Assembly (NCBI GenBank): GCA_964016885.1 | Contig: OZ024741.1 | Coordinates: forward strand, 387,500,001-387,564,000 | Direction of reading: 5' to 3' | Origin: Eledone cirrhosa | Lineage: Eukaryota | Length of the DNA: 64,000 bases | In this document: positions 37,901-52,900 of the stretch, piece after piece | Position numbering within the stretch: position 1 is the stretch's first letter | Layout of the letters: each line of letters begins with the position of its first letter | Translations under genes and position numbers: made by a program | Notes under the pieces: model-generated | Told to the model about the DNA's origin: nothing | Seen by the model: the letters and a program-made list of their open reading frames with translations, nothing else | Databases searched by the model: none

Positions 37901-40900
37901 AATGGAACGTTGTGAGGTTGTGGAATAGTAGAATGTTGTGAGGTTGTGGAATACTGGAGTGTTTTGAAATTGTGAAATTGTGGAATAATGGTGTGTTGTG
38001 AGGTTGTGGAATAGTGGAATGTTGTGAGGTTGTGGAATAGTGGAATGTTGTGAAGTTGTGAAATAGTGGAACGTTGTGAGGTTGTGGAATAGTAGAATGT
38101 TGTGACGTTGTGGAATACTGGAGTGTTGTGAAATTGTGGAATAGTGGTGTGTTGTGAGGTTGTGGAATAGTGGAATGTTGTGAGGTTGTGGAATAGTGGA
38201 ATGTTGTGAGGTTGTGGAATAGTGGAGTGTTGTGAGGTTATGGAATAGTGGAGTGTTGTGAAGTTGTTGAATATTGGAGTGTTGTGGAATAGTGGAATGC
38301 TGTGAGGTTGTGGAATACTGGAGTGTTGTGAAGTTGTGGAATAGTGGAATGTTGTGAGGTTGTGGAATAGTGGAATGTTGTGAGATTGTGGAATAGTGGA
38401 ATGTTGTGAGATTCTGGAATACTGGAGTGTTGTGAGGTTCTGGAATAGTGGAGTGTTGTGAGGTTGTAGAATATTGGAGTGTCGTGAAGTTGTGGAATAG
38501 TGGAATGTTGTGAGGTTCTGGAGTAGTGAAATGTTGTGAAGTTGAGGAATAGTGGAATGTTGTGAGGTTGTGGGGTACTAGAGTGTTGTGAAATTGTGGA
38601 ATAGTGGAATGTTGTGAGGTTCTGGAATAGTGGAATGTTGTGAGGTTGTGGAATAGTGGAATGTTGTGAGATTCTGGAATACTGGAGTGTTGTGAGGTTC
38701 TGGAATAGTGGAGTGTTGTGAGGTTGTAGAATATTGGAGTGTCGTGAAGTTGTGGAATAGTGGAATGTTGTGAGGTTCTGGAATAGTGAAATGTTGTGAA
38801 GTTGAGGAATAGTGGAATGTTGTGAGGTTGTGGAATAGTGGAATGTTGTGAGGTTGTGGAATACTGGAGTGTTTTGAAATTGTGGAATAATGGTGTGTTG
38901 TGAGGTTGTGGAATAGTGGAATGTTGTGAGGTTGTGGAATAGTAGAATGTTGTGAGGTTGTGGAATACTGCAGTGTTTTGAAATTGTGGAATAATGGTGT
39001 GTTGTGAGGTTGTGGAATAGTGGAATGTTGTGAGGTTGTGGAATAGTGGAATGTTGTGAGGTTGTGGAATAGTGGAATGTTGTGAGGTTCTGGAATAGTG
39101 GAATGTTGTGAAGTTGTGGAATAGTGGAATGTTGTGAGGTTGTGGAATAGTGGAGTGTTGTGAAGTTGTGGAATAGTGGAGTGTTGTGAGCTTGTGGAAT
39201 AGTGGAATGTTGTGAGCTTGTGGAATACTGGAGTGTTGTGAAGTTGTGGAATGTTGTGAGGTTCTGGAATAGTGGAGTGTTGTGAAGTTGTGGAATAGTG
39301 GAATGTTGTGAGGTTGTGGAATAGTGGAATGTTGTGAGGTTCTGGAATACTGGAGTGTTGTAAGGTTCTGGAATAGTGGAGTGTCGTGAATTTGTAGAAT
39401 ATTGGAGTGTTGTGAAGTTGTAGAATATTGGAGTGTTGTGAAGTTGTAGAATATTGGAGTGTTGTGAAGTTGTGGAATAGTGGAATGTTGTGAGGTTGTG
39501 GAATAGTGGAATGTTGTGAGGTTTAGGAATAGTGGAATGTTGTGAGGTTGAGGAATAGTGGAATGTTGTGAGGTTGTGGAATAGTGGAGTGTTGTGAAGT
39601 TGTGGAATAGTGAAATGTTGGGAGGTTGAGGAATAGTGGAATGTTGTGAGGTTGTGGAATAGTGGAGTGTTGTGAAATTGTGGAATAGTGGTGTGTTGTG
39701 AGGTTGTGGAATAGTGGAATGTTGTGAGGTTGTGGAATAGTGGAATGTTGTGAGGTTGTGGAATAGTGGAATGTTGTGAGGTTGTGGGGTACTAGAGTGT
39801 TGTGAAATTGTGGAATAGTGGAATGTTGTGAGGTTCTGGAATAGTGGAATGTTGTGAGATTGTGGAATAGTGGAATGTTGTGAGGTTCTGGAATACTGGA
39901 GTGTTGTGAGGTTCTGGAATAGTGGAGTGTTGTGAAGTTGTAGAGTATTGGAGTGTTGTGGAATAGTGGAATGTTGTGAGGTTCTGGAATAGTGGAATGT
40001 TGTGAGGTTGTGGAATACTGGAGTGTTGTGAAGTTGTGGAATAGTAGAACGTTGTGAGGTTGTGGAATAGTAGAATGTTGTGAGGTTGTGGAATACTGGA
40101 GTGTTGTGGAATACTGGAGTGTTTTGAAATTGTGAAATTGTAGAATAATGGTGTGTTGTGAGGTTGTGGAATAGTGGAATGTTGTGAGGTTGTAGAATAG
40201 TGGAATAGTGGAATTTTGTGAAGTTGTGGAATAGTGGAATGTTGTGGAATAGTGGAGTGTAGTGAAGTTGTGGAATAGTGGAGTGTTGTGAAGTTGTGGA
40301 ATAGTGGAACGTTGTGAGGTTGTGGAATAGTGGAGTGTTGTAAGGCTGTGGAATAGTGGAATGTTGTGAGGTTGTGGAATAGTGGAATGTTGTGAGCTTG
40401 TGGAATACTGGAGTGTTGTGAGGTTGTTGAATAGTGGAATGTTGTGAGGTTCTGGAATAGTGGAGTGTTGTGAAGTTGTGGAATAGTGGAATGTTGTGAG
40501 GTTGTGGAATAGTAGAATGTTGTGAGGTTGTGGAATACTGGAGTGTTGTGAAGTTATAGAATACTGGAGTGTTGTGGAATAGTGGTGTGTTGTGAGGTTC
40601 TGGAATAGTGGAATGTTGTGAGGTTGTGGAATAGTGGAATGTTGTGAGGTTCTGGAATACTGGAGTGTTGTGAGGTTCTGGAATAGTGGAGTGTTGTGAA
40701 GTTGTGGAATAGAACGTTGTGAGGTTGTGGAATAGTAGAATGTTGTGTGGTTGTGGAATACTGGAGTGTTTTGAAATTGTGAAATTGTAGAATTATGGTG
40801 TGTTGTGAGGTTGTGGAATAGTGGAATGTTGTGAGGTTGTAGAATAGTGGAATAGTGGAATGTTGTGAAGTTGTGGAATAGTGGAATGTTGTGGAATAGT

Positions 40901-43900
40901 GGAGTGTTGTGAAGTTGTGGAATAGTGGAACGTTGTGAGGTTGTGGAATAGTGGAGTGTTGTAAGGCTGTAGAATAGTGGAATGTTGTGAGGTTGTGGAA
41001 TAGTGGAATGTTGTGAGCTTGTGGAATACTGGAGTGTTGTGAGGTTGTTGAATAGTGGAATGTTGTGAGGTTCTGGAATAGTGGAGTGTTGTGAAGTTGT
41101 GGAATAGTGGAATGTTGTGAGGTTGTGGAATAGTGGAATGTTGTGAGCCTGTGGAATACTGGAGTGTTGTGAAGTTGTATAATATTGGAGTGTTGTGAAG
41201 TTGTAGAATATTGGAGTGTTGTGAAGTTGTGGAATAGTGGAATGTTGTGAGGTTCTGGAATAGTGGAATGTTGTGAGGTTCTAGAATACTGGAGTGTTGT
41301 GAGGTTATGGAATAGTGGAGTGTTGTGAAGTTGTAGAATAGTGGAGTGTTGTGAAGTTGTGGAATAGTGGAATGTTGTGAGGTTCTGGAAAAGTGGAATG
41401 TTGTGAGGTTGAGGAATAGTGGAATGTTGTGAGGTTGTGGAATAGTGGAGTGTTGTGAAATTGTGGAATAGTGGTGTGTTGTGAGGTTGTGGAATAGTGG
41501 AATGTTGTGAGGTTGTGGAATAGTGGAATGTTGTGAGGTTGTGGGATACTAGAGTGTTGTGAAATTGTGGAATAGTGGAATGTTGTGAGGTTCTGGAATA
41601 CTGGAGTGTTGTGAGGTTGTGGAATAGTGGAATGTTGTGTGGTTCTGGAATAGTGGAATAGTGGAATGTTGTGAGGTTGTGGAATAGTGGAATGTTGTGA
41701 GGTTCTGGAATACTGGAGTGTTGTGAGGTTCTGGAATAGTGGAGTGTTGTGAAGTTGTAGAATATTGGAGTGTTGTGGAATAGTGGAACGTTGTGAGGTA
41801 CTGGAATAGAGAAATGTTGTGAAGTTGAGTAATAGTGGAATGTTGTGAGGTTGTGGAATAGTGGAATGTTGTGAGGTTGTGGAATAGTGGAGTGTTGTGA
41901 AATTGTGGAATAGTGGTGTGTTGTTAGGTTGTGGAATAGTGGAATGTTGTGAGGTTGTGGAATAGTGGAATGTTGTGAGGTTGTGGGATACTAGAGTGTT
42001 GTGAAATTGTGGAATAGTGGAATGTTGTGAGGTTCTGGAATACTGGAGTGTTGTGAGGTTGTGGAATAGTGGAATGTTGTGTGGTTCTGGAATAGTGGAA
42101 TAGTGGAATGTTGTGAGGTTGTGGAATAGTGGAATGTTGTGAGGTTCTGGAATACTGGAGTGTTGTGAGGTTCTGGAATAGTGGAGTGTTGTGAAGTTGT
42201 AGAATATTGGAACGTTGTGAGGTACTGGAATAGTGAAATGTTGTGAAGTTGAGGAATAGTGGAATGTTGTGAGGTTGTGGAATAGTGGAATGTTGTGAGG
42301 TTGTGGAATACTGGAGTGTTGTGAAGTTGTGGAATAGTGGAACGTTGTGAGGTTGTAGAATAGTAGAATGTTGTGAGGTTGTGGAATACTGGAGTGTTGT
42401 GAAATTGTGGAATAATGGTGTGTTGTGAGGTTTTGGAATAGTGGAATGTTGTGAGGTTGTGGAATAGTGGAATGTTGTGAGGTTGTGGAATAGTGGAATG
42501 TTGTGAAGTTGTGGAATAGTGGAATGTTGTGAGGTTGTGGAATAGTAGAATGTTGTGAGGTTGTGGAATACTGGAGTGTTGTGAAGTTATAGAATACTGG
42601 AGTGTTGTGGAATAGTGGTGTGTTGTGAGGTCCTGGAATAGTGGAATGTTGTGAGGTTGTGGAATAGTGGAGTGTTGTAAGGCTGTGGAATAGTGGAATG
42701 TTGTGAGCTTGTGAAATAGTGGAATGTTGTGAGCTTGTGGAATACTGGAGTGTTGTGAAGTTGTGGAATAGTGGAATGTTGTGAGGTTGTGGAATAGTGG
42801 AATGTTGTGAGGTTCTGGAATACTGGAGTGTTGTAAGGTTCTGGAATAGTGGAGTGTCGTGAAGTTGTAGAATATTGGAGTGTTGTGAAGTTGTAGAATA
42901 TTGGAGTGTTGTGAAGTTGTAGAATATTGGAGTGTTGTGAAGTTGTAGAATATTGGAGTGTTGTGAAGTTGTAGAATATTGGAGTGTTGTGAAGTTGTAG
43001 AATATTGGAGTGTTGTGAAGTTGTGGAATAGTGGAATGTTGTGAGGTTGTGGAATAGTGGAATGTTGTGAGGTTGTGGGGTACTAGAGTGTTGTGAAATT
43101 GTGGAATAGTGGAATGTTGTGAGGTTCTGGAATAGTGGAATAGTGGAATGTTGTGAGGTTGTGGAATAGTGGAATGTTGTGAGGTTGTGGAATAGTGGAA
43201 TGTTGTGAGGTTCTGGAATAGTGAAATGTTGTGAAGTTGAGGAATAGTGGAATGTTGTGAGGTTGTGGAATAGTGGAATGTTGTGAGGTTGTGGAATAGT
43301 GGAATGTTGTGAGGTTGTGGAATACTGGAGTGTTGTGAAGTTGTGGAATAGTGGAACGTTGTGAGGTTGTGGAATAGTGGAGTGTTGTGAAGTTGTGGAA
43401 TACTGGAGTGTTGTAAGGCTGTGGAATAGTGGAATGTTGAGAAATTCTGGAATAGTGGAGTGTTGTGAAGTTGTGGAATAGTGGAATGTTGTGAGGTTGT
43501 GGAATAGTGGAATGTTGTGAGGTTGTGGAATAGTGGAATATTGTGAGGTTCTGGAATAGTGGAGTGTTGTGAAGTTGTGAACTAGTAGAATGTTGTGAGT
43601 TTGAGGAATAGTGGAATGTTATGAGGTTGTGGAATAGTGGAATGTTGTGAGGTTGTGGGATACTAGAGTGTTGTGAAATTGTGGAATAGTGGAATGTTGT
43701 GAGGTTCTGGAATACTGGAGTGTTGTGAGGTTGTGGAATAGTGGAATGTTGTGTGGTTCTGGAATAGTGGAATAGTGGAATGTTGTGAGGTTGTGGAATA
43801 GTGGAATGTTGTGAGGTTCTGGAATAGTGGAGTGTTGTGAAGTTGTAGAATATTGGAGTGTTGTGGAATAGTGGAACGTTGTGAGGTACTGGAATAGTGA

Positions 43901-46900
43901 AATGTTGTGAAGTTGAGGAATAGTGGAATGTTGTGAGGTTGTGGAATAGTGGAATGTTGTGAGGTTGTGGAATAGTGGAGTGTTGTGAAATTGTGGAATA
44001 GTGGTGTGTTGTGAGGTTGTGGAATAGTGGAATGTTGTGAGGTTGTGGAATAGTGGAATGTTGTGAGGTTGTGGGATACTAGAGTGTTGTGAAATTGTGG
44101 AATAGTGGAATGTTGTGAGGTTCTGGAATACTGGAGTGTTGTGAGGTTGTGGAATAGTGGAATGTTGTGTGGTTCTGGAATAGTGGAATAGTGGAATGTT
44201 GTGAGGTTGTGGAATAGTGGAATGTTGTGAGGTTCTGGAATACTGGAGTGTTGTGAGGTTCTGGAATAGTGGAGTGTTGTGAAGTTGTAGAATATTGGAA
44301 CGTTGTGAGGTACTGGAATAGTGAAATGTTGTGAAGTTGAGGAATAGTGGAATGTTGTGAGGTTGTGGAATAGTCGAATGTTGTGAGGTTGCGGAATACT
44401 GGAGTGTTGTGAAGTTGTGGAATAGTGGAACGTTGTGAGGTTGTAGAATAGTAGAATGTTGTGAGGTTGTGGAATACTGGAGTGTTGTGAAATTGTGGAA
44501 TAATGGTGTGTTGTGACGTTTTGGAATAGTGGAATGTTGTGAGGTTGTGGAATAGTGGAATGTTGTGAGGTTGTGGAATAGTGGAATGTTGTGAAGTTGT
44601 GGAATAGTGGAATGTTGTGAGGTTGTGGAATAGTGGAATGTTGTGAGCTTGTGGAATAGTGGAATGTTGTGAGCTTGTGGAATACTGGAGTGTTGTGAAG
44701 TTGTGGAATAGTGGAATGTTGTGAGGTTCTGGAATAGTGGAGTGTTGTGAAGTTGTGGAATAGTGGAATGTTGTGAGGTTGTGGAATAGTGGAATGTTGT
44801 GAGGTTCTGGAATACTGGAGTGGTGTAAGGTTCTGGAATAGTGGAGTGTCGTGAAGTTGTAGAATATTGGAGTGTTGTGAAGTTGTAGAATATTGGAGTG
44901 TTGTGAAGTTGTAGAATATTGGAGTGTTGTGAAGTTGTAGAATATTGGAGTGTTGTGAAGTTGTGTAATAGTGGAATGTTGTGAGGTTGAGGAATAGTGG
45001 AATGTTGTGAGGTTGTGGAATAGTGGAGTGTTGTGAAATTGTGGAATAGTGGTGTATTGTGAGGTTGTGGAATAGTGGAACGTTGTGAGGTTGTGGAATA
45101 GTGGAATGTTGTGAGGTTGTGGGGTACTAGAGTGCTGTGAAATTGTGGAATAGTGGAATGTTGTGAGGTTCTGGAATAGTGAAATAGTGGAATGTTGTGA
45201 GGTTGTGGAATAGTGGAATGTTGTGAGGTTCTGGAATACTGGAGTGTTGTGAGGTTCTGGAATAGTGGAGTGTTGTGAAGTTGTAGAATATTGGAGTGCT
45301 GTGGAATAGTGGAACGTTGTGAGGTACTGGAATAGTGAAATGTTGTGAAGTTGAGGAATAGTGGAATGTTGTGAGGTTGTGGAATAGTGGAATGTTGTGA
45401 GGTTGTGGAATACTGGAGTGTTGTGAAGTTGTGGAATAGTGGAACGTTGTGAGGTTGTGGAATAGTGGAGTGTTGTGAAGTTGTGGAATACTGGAGTGTT
45501 GTAATGCTGTGGAATAGTAGAATGTTGAGAAATTCTGGAATAGTGGAGTGTTGTGAAGTTGTGGAATAGTGGAATGTTGTGAGGTTGTGGAATAGTGGAA
45601 TATTGTGAGGTTGTGGAATAGTGGAATGTAGTGAGGTTCTGGAATAGTGGAGTGTTGTGAAGTTGTGAACTAGTAGAATGTTGTGAGTTTGAGGAATAGT
45701 GGAATGTTGTGAGGTTGTGGAATAGTGGAATGTTGTGAGGTTCTGGAATACTGGAGTGTTGTGAGGTTCTGGAATAGTGGAGTATTGTGAAGTTGTAGAA
45801 TATTGGAGTGTTGTGGAATAGTGGAACGTTGTGAGGTACTGGAATAGTGAAATGTTGTGAAGTTGAGGAATAGTGGAATGTTGTGAGGTTGTGGAATAGT
45901 GGAATGTTTTGAGGTTGTGGAATACTGGAATGTTGTGAAGTTGTGGAATGGTGGAACGTTGTGAGGTTGTGGAATAGTAGAATGTTGTGAGGTTGTGGAA
46001 TAATGGAGTGTTGTGAAATTATGGAATAATGGTGTGTTGTGAGGTTGTGGAATAGTGGAATGTTGTGAGGTTGTGGAATAGTGGAATGTTGTGAGGTTGT
46101 GGAATAGTGGAATGTTGTGAAGTTGTGGAATAGTGGAATGTTGTGAGGTTGTGGAATAGTAGAATTTTGTGAGGTTGTGGAATACTGGAGTGTTGTGAAG
46201 TTATAGAATACTGGAGTGTTGTGAAATTGTGGAATAGTGGTGTGTTGTGAGGTTCTGGAATAGTGGAATGATGTGAGGTTGTGGAATAGTGGAATGTTGT
46301 GAGGTTGTGGAATAGTGGAGTGTTGTAAGGCTGTGGAATGTTGTGAGCTTGTGGAATAGTGGAATGTTGTGAGCTTGTGGAATAGTGGAATGTTGTGAGG
46401 TTCTGGAATACTGGAGTGTTGTAAGGTTCTGGAATAGTGGAGTGTTGTGAAGTTGTAGAATATTGGAGTGTTGTGAAGTTGTAGAATATTGGAGTGTTGT
46501 GAAGTTGTGGAATAGTGGAATGTTGTGAGGTTCTGGAATAGTGGAATGTTGTGAGGTTCTAGAATACTGGAGTGTTGTGAGGTTATGGAATAGTGGAGTG
46601 TTGTGAAGTTGTAGAATAGTGGAGTGTTGTGAAGTTGTGGAATAGTGGAGTGTTGTGAGGTTCTGGAATAGTGGAATGTTGTGAGGTTGAGGAATAGTGG
46701 AATGTTGTGAGGTTGTGGAATAGTGGAGTGTTGTGAAGTTGTGGAATAGTGAAATGTTGGGAGGTTGAGGAATAGTGGAATAGTGGAGTGTTGTGAAATT
46801 GTGGAATAGTGGTGTATTGTGAGGTTGTGGAATAGTGGAATGTTGTGAGGTTCTGGAATACTGGAGTGTTGTGAGGTTCTGGAATAGTGGAGTGTTGTGA

Positions 46901-49900
46901 AGTTGTAGAATATTGGAGTGTTGTGGAATAGTGGAACGTTGTGAGGTACTGGAATAGTGAAATGTTGTGAGGTTGTGGAATACTGGAGTGTTGTGAAGTT
47001 GTGGAATAGTGGAACGTTGTGAGGTTGTGGAATAGTAGAATGTTGTGAGGTTGTGGAATACTGGAGTGTTGTGATGTTGTGGAATAGTGAAATGTTGTGA
47101 GGTTGTGGAATAGTGGAGTGTTGGGAAGTTTTGGAATAGTGGAATAGTAGAATGTGAGGTTGTGGAATACTGGAGTGTTGTGAAGTTGTGGCATACTGGA
47201 GTGTTGTGGAATAGTGGAGTCTGGTGAAGTTGTGGAATAGTGGAATGTTGTGAAATTGTGGAATAGTGGAATGTTGTGAAGTTGTGGAATACTAATGTGT
47301 TGTAAGGTTGTGGAATAGTGGAATGTTGTGAGGTTGTGGAATAGTGGAATGTTGTGAGGTTGTGGAATAGTGGAGTGTTGTGAAGTTGTGGAATAGTGGA
47401 ATGTTGTGAGGTTGTGTAATAGCGGAATGTTGTGAGGTTCTAGAATACTGGAGTGTTGTGAGGTTCTAGAATACTGGAGTGTTGTGAGGTTATGGAATAG
47501 TGGAGTGTTGTGAAGTTGTTGAATATTGGAGTGTTGTGAAGTTGTGGAATAGTGGAATGTTGTGAGGTTCTGGAATAGTGGAATGTTGTGAGGTTGAGGA
47601 ATAGTGGAATGTTGTGAGGTTGTGGAATAGTGGAATGTTGTGAGGTTGTGGAATAGTGGAATGTTGTGAGGTTGTGGAATAGTGGAGTGTTGTGAAGTTG
47701 TGGAATAGTGGAATGTTGTGAGGTTGTGTAATAGCGGAATGTTGTGAGATTCTAGAATACTGGAGTGTTGTGAGGTTCTAGAATACTGGAGTGTTGTGAG
47801 GTTATGGAATAGTGGAGTGTTGTGAAGTTGTTGAATATTGGAGTGTTGTGAAGTTGTGGAATAGTGGAATGTTGTGAGGTTCTGGAATAGTGGAATGTTG
47901 TGAGGTTGAGGAATAGTGGAATGTTGTGAGGTTGTGGAATAGTGGAATGTTGTGAGGTTGAGGAATAGTGGAATGTTGTGAGGTTGTGGAATAGTGGAGT
48001 GTTGTGAAATTGTGGAATAGTGGAATGTTGTGAGGTTCTGGAATACTGGAGTGTTGTGAGGTTGTGGAATAGTGGAATGTTGTGTGGTTCTGGAATAGTG
48101 GAATAGTGGAATGTTGTGAGGTTGTGGAATAGTGGAATGTTGTGAGGTTCTGGAATACTGGAGTGTTGTGAGGTTCTGGAATAGTGGAGTGTTGTGAAGT
48201 TGTAGAATATTGGAGTGTTGTGGAATAGTGGAACGTTGTGATGTTGTGGAATAGTGGAATGTTGTGAGGTTGTGGAATACTGGAGTGTTGTGAAGTTGTG
48301 GAATAGTGGAACGTTGTGAGGTTGTGGAATAGTAGAATGTTGTGAGGTTGTGGAATACTGGAGTGTTGTGAAGTTGTGGAATAATGGTGTGTTGTGAGGT
48401 TGTGGAATAGTAGAATGTTGTGAGGTTGTGGAATAGTGGAATGTTGTGAAGTTGTGGAATGTTGTGAGGTTGTGGAATAATAGAATGTTGTGAGGTTGTG
48501 GAATACTAGAGTGTTGTGAAGTTATAGAATACTGGAGTGTTGTGAAATTGTGGAATATTGGAGTGTTGTAAGGTTCTGGAATAGTGGAGTGTTGTGAAGT
48601 TGTAGAATATTGTAGTGTTGTGAAGTTGTGGAATAGTGGAATGTTGTGAGGTTCTGGATTAGTGGAATGTTGTGAGGTTCTAGAATACTGGAGTGTTGTG
48701 AGGTTATGGAATAGTGGAGTGTTGTGAGGTTGTAGAATATTGGAGTGTCGTGAAGTTGTGGAGTAGTGGAATGTTGTGAGGTTCTGGAATAGTGGAATGT
48801 TGTGAGGTTGAGGAATAGTGGAATGTTGTGAGGTTGTGGAATAGTGGAGTGTTGTGAAGTTGTGGAATAGTGAAATGTTGGGAGGTTGAGGAATAGTGGA
48901 ATAGTGGTGTATTGTGAGGTTGTGGAATAGTGGAATGTTGTGAGGTTGTGGAATAGTGGAATGTTCTGCGGTTCTGGAATACTGGAGTGTTGTGAGGTTC
49001 TGGAATAGTGGAGTGTTGTGAAGTTGTAGAATATTGGAGTGTTTTGGAATAGTGGAACGTTGTGAGGTACTGGAATAGTTAAATGTTGTGAAGTTGAGGA
49101 ATAGTGGAATGTTGTGAGGTTGTGGAATAGTGGAATGTTGTGAGGTTGTGGAATACTGGAGTGTTGTGAAGTTGTGGAATAGTGGAACGTTGTGAGGTTG
49201 TGGAATAGTAGAATGTTGTGAGGTTGTGGAATACTGGAGTGTTTTGAAATTGTGAAATTGTGGAATAATGGTGTGTTGTGAGGTTGTGGAATAGTGGAAT
49301 GTTGTGAGGTTGTGGAATAGTGGAATGTTGTGGAATAGTGGAGTGTTGTGAAGTTGTGGAATAGTGGAACGTTGTGAGGTTGTGGAATAGCAGAATGTTG
49401 TGAGGTTGTGGAATACTGGAGTGTTGTAAGGCTGTGGAATAGTAGAATTTTGTGAAATTGTGGAATAGTGGTGTGTTGTGAGGTTGTGGAATAGTGGAAT
49501 GTTGTGAGGTTTTGGAATAGTGGAATGTTGTGAGCTTGTGGAATACTGGAGTGTTGTGAAGTTGTGGAATAGTGGAATGTTGTGAGGTTCTGGAATAGTG
49601 GAGTGTTGTGAAGTTGTGGAATAGTGGAATGTTTTGAGGTTCTGGAATACTGGAGTGTTGTAAGGTTCTGGAATAGTGGAGTGTTTTGAAGTTGTAGAAT
49701 ATTGGAGTGTTGTGAAGTTGTAGAATATTGGAGTGTTGTGAAGTTGTGGCATAGTGGAATGTTGTGAGGTCGTGGAATAGTGGAGTGTTGTGGAATAGTG
49801 AAATGTTGGGAGGTTGAGGAATAGTGGAATGTTGTGAGGTTGTGGAATAGTGGAGTGTTGTGAAGTCGTGGAATACTGGAGTGTTGTGGAATAGTGGTGT

Positions 49901-52900
49901 GTTGTGAGGTTGTGGAATAGTGGAGTGTTGTGAAGTTGTGGAATAGTGGAACGTTGTGAGGTTGTGGAATAGTAGAATGTTGTGAGGTTGTGGAATACTG
50001 GAGTGTTTTGAAATTGTGAAATTGTGGAATAATGGTGTGTTGTGAGGTTGTGGAATAGTGGAATGTTGTGAGGTTGTGGAATAGTGGAATGTTGTGAGGT
50101 TGTGGAATAGTGGAATGTTGTGGAATAGTGGAGTGTTGTGAAGTTGTGGAACGTTGTGAGGTTGTGGAATAGCAGAATGTTGGGAGGTTGTGGAATACTG
50201 GAGTGTTGTGAAGTTATGGAATACTGGAGTGTTGTGAAATTGTGGAATAGTGGTGTGTTGTGAGGTTGTGGAATAGTGGTGTGTTGTGAGGTTGTGGAAT
50301 AGTGGAGTGTTGTAAGACTGGAATAGTGAAATGTTGTGAGGTTGTGGAATGTTGTGAGCTTGTGGAATACTGGAGTGTTGTGAAGTTGTGGAATAGTGGA
50401 ACGTTGTGAGGTTGTGGAATAGCAGAATGTTGTGAGGTTGTGGAATACTGGAGTGTTGTAAGGCTGTGGAATAGTAGAATGTTGTGAAATTGTGGAATAG
50501 TGGTGTGTTGTGAGGTTGTGGAATAGTGGAATGTTGTGAGGTTTTGGAATAGTGGAATGTTGTGAGCTTGTGGAATACTGGAGTGTTGTGAAGTTGTGGA
50601 ATAGTGGAATGTTGTGAGGTTCTGGAATAGTGGAGTGTTGTGAAGTTGTGGAATAGTGGAATGTTTTGAGGTTCTGGAATACTGGAGTGTTGTAAGGTTC
50701 TGGAATAGTGGAGTGTTGTGAAGTTGTAGAATATTGGAGTGTTGTGAAGTTGTAGAATATTGGAGTGTTGTGAAGTTGTGGCATAGTGGAATGTTGTGAG
50801 GTTGTGGAATAGTGGAATGTTGTGAGGTTCTAGAATACTGGAGTGTTGTGAAGTTGTGGCATAGTGGAATGTTGTGAGGTCGTGGAATAGTGGAGTGTTG
50901 TGGAATAGTGAAATGTTGGGAGGTTGAGGAATAGTGGAATGTTGTGAGGTTGTGGAATAGTGGAGTGTTGTGAAGTCGTGGAATACTGGAGTGTTGTGGA
51001 ATAGTGGTGTGTTGTGAGGTTGTGGAATAGTGGAGTGTTGTGAAGTTGTGGAATAGTGGAACGTTGTGAGGTTGTGGAATAGTAGAATGTTGTGAGGTTG
51101 TGGAATACTGGAGTGTTTTGAAATTGTGAAATTGTGGAATAATGGTGTGTTGTGAGGTTGTGGAATAGTGGAATGTTGTGAGGTTGTGGAATAGTGGAAT
51201 GTTGTGAGGTTGTGGAATAGTGGAGTGTTGTGAAGTTGTGGAATAGTGGAACGTTGTGAGGTTGTGGAATAGCAGAATGTTGGGAGGTTGTGGAATACTG
51301 GAGTGTTGTAAGGCTGTGGAATAGTAGAATGTTGTGAAATTGTGGAATATTGGTGTGTTGTGAGGTTGTGGAATAGTGGAATGTTGTGAGGTTGTGGAAT
51401 AGTGGAGTGTTGTAAGGCTGTGGAATAGTGGAGTGTTGTGAGCTTGTGGAATACTGGAGTATTGTGAAGTTGTGGAATAGTGGAATGTTGTGAGGTTCTG
51501 GAATAGTGGAATGTTTTGAGGTTGTGGAATAGTGGAATGTTGTGAGGTTCTGGAATAGTGGAATGTTGTGAGGTTCTGGAATACTGGAGTGTTGTAAGGT
51601 TCTGGAATAGTGGAGTGTTGTGAAGTTGTAGAATATTGGAGTGTTGTGAAGTTGTAGAATATTGGAGTGTTGTGAAGTTGTGGCATAGTGGAATGTTGTG
51701 AGGTTGAGGAATAGTGGAATGTTGTGAGGTCGTGGAATAGTGGAGTGTTGTGGAATAGTGAAATGTTGGGAGGTTGAGGAATAGCGGAATGTTGTGAGGT
51801 TGTGGAATAGTGGAGTGTTGTGAGGTCGTGGAATACTTGAGTGTTGTGGAATTGTGGAATAGTGGTGTGTTGTGAGGTTGTGGAATAGTGGAATGTTGTG
51901 AGGTTCTGGAATACTGGAGTGTTGTGAGGTTGTGGGGTACTAGAGTGTTGTGAAATTGTGGAATAGTGGAATGTTGTGAGTTTCTGGAATAGTGGAATGT
52001 TGTGAGGTTGTGGAATAGTGGAATGTTGTGAGATTCTGGAATACTGGAGTGTTGTGAGGTTCTTGAATAGTGGAGTGTTGTGAAGTTGTAGAATATTGGA
52101 GTGTTGTGAAGTTGTGGAATAGTGGAATGTTGTGAGGTTCTGGAATAGTGAAATGTTGTGAAGTTGAGGAATAGTGGAATGTTGTGAGGTTGTGGAATAC
52201 TGGAGTGTTGTGAAGTTGTGGAATAATGGAACGTTGTGAGGTTGTGGAATAGTAGAATGTTGTGAGGTTGTGGAATACTGGAGTGTTTTGAAATTGTGAA
52301 ATTGTGGAATAATGGTGTGTTGTGAGGTTGTGGAATAGTGGAATGTTGTGAGGTTGTGGAATAGTGGAATGTTGTGAAGTTGTGAAATAGTGGAACGTTG
52401 TGAGGTTGTGGAATAGTAGAATGTTGTGACGTTGTGGAATACTGGAGTGTTGTGAAATTGTGGAATAGTGGTGTGTTGTGAGGTTGTGGAATAGTGGAAT
52501 GTTGTGAGGTTGTGGAATAGTGGAATGTTGTGAGGTTGTGGAATAGTGGAGTGTTGTGAGGTTATGGAATAGTGGAGTGTTGTGAAGTTGTTGAATATTG
52601 GAGTGTTGTGGAATAGTGGAATAGTGGAATGCTGTGAGGTTGTGGAATACTGGAGTGTTGTGAAGTTGTGGAATAGTGGAATGTTGTGAGGTTGTGGAAT
52701 AGTGGAATGTTGTGAGATTGTGGAATAGTGGAATGTTGTGAGATTCTGGAATACTGGAGTGTTGTGAGGTTCTGGAATAGTGGAGTGTTGTGAGGTTGTA
52801 GAATATTGGAGTGTCGTGAAGTTGTGGAATAGTGGAATGTTGTGAGGTTCTGGAGTAGTGAAATGTTGTGAAGTTGAGGAATAGTGGAATGTTGTGAGGT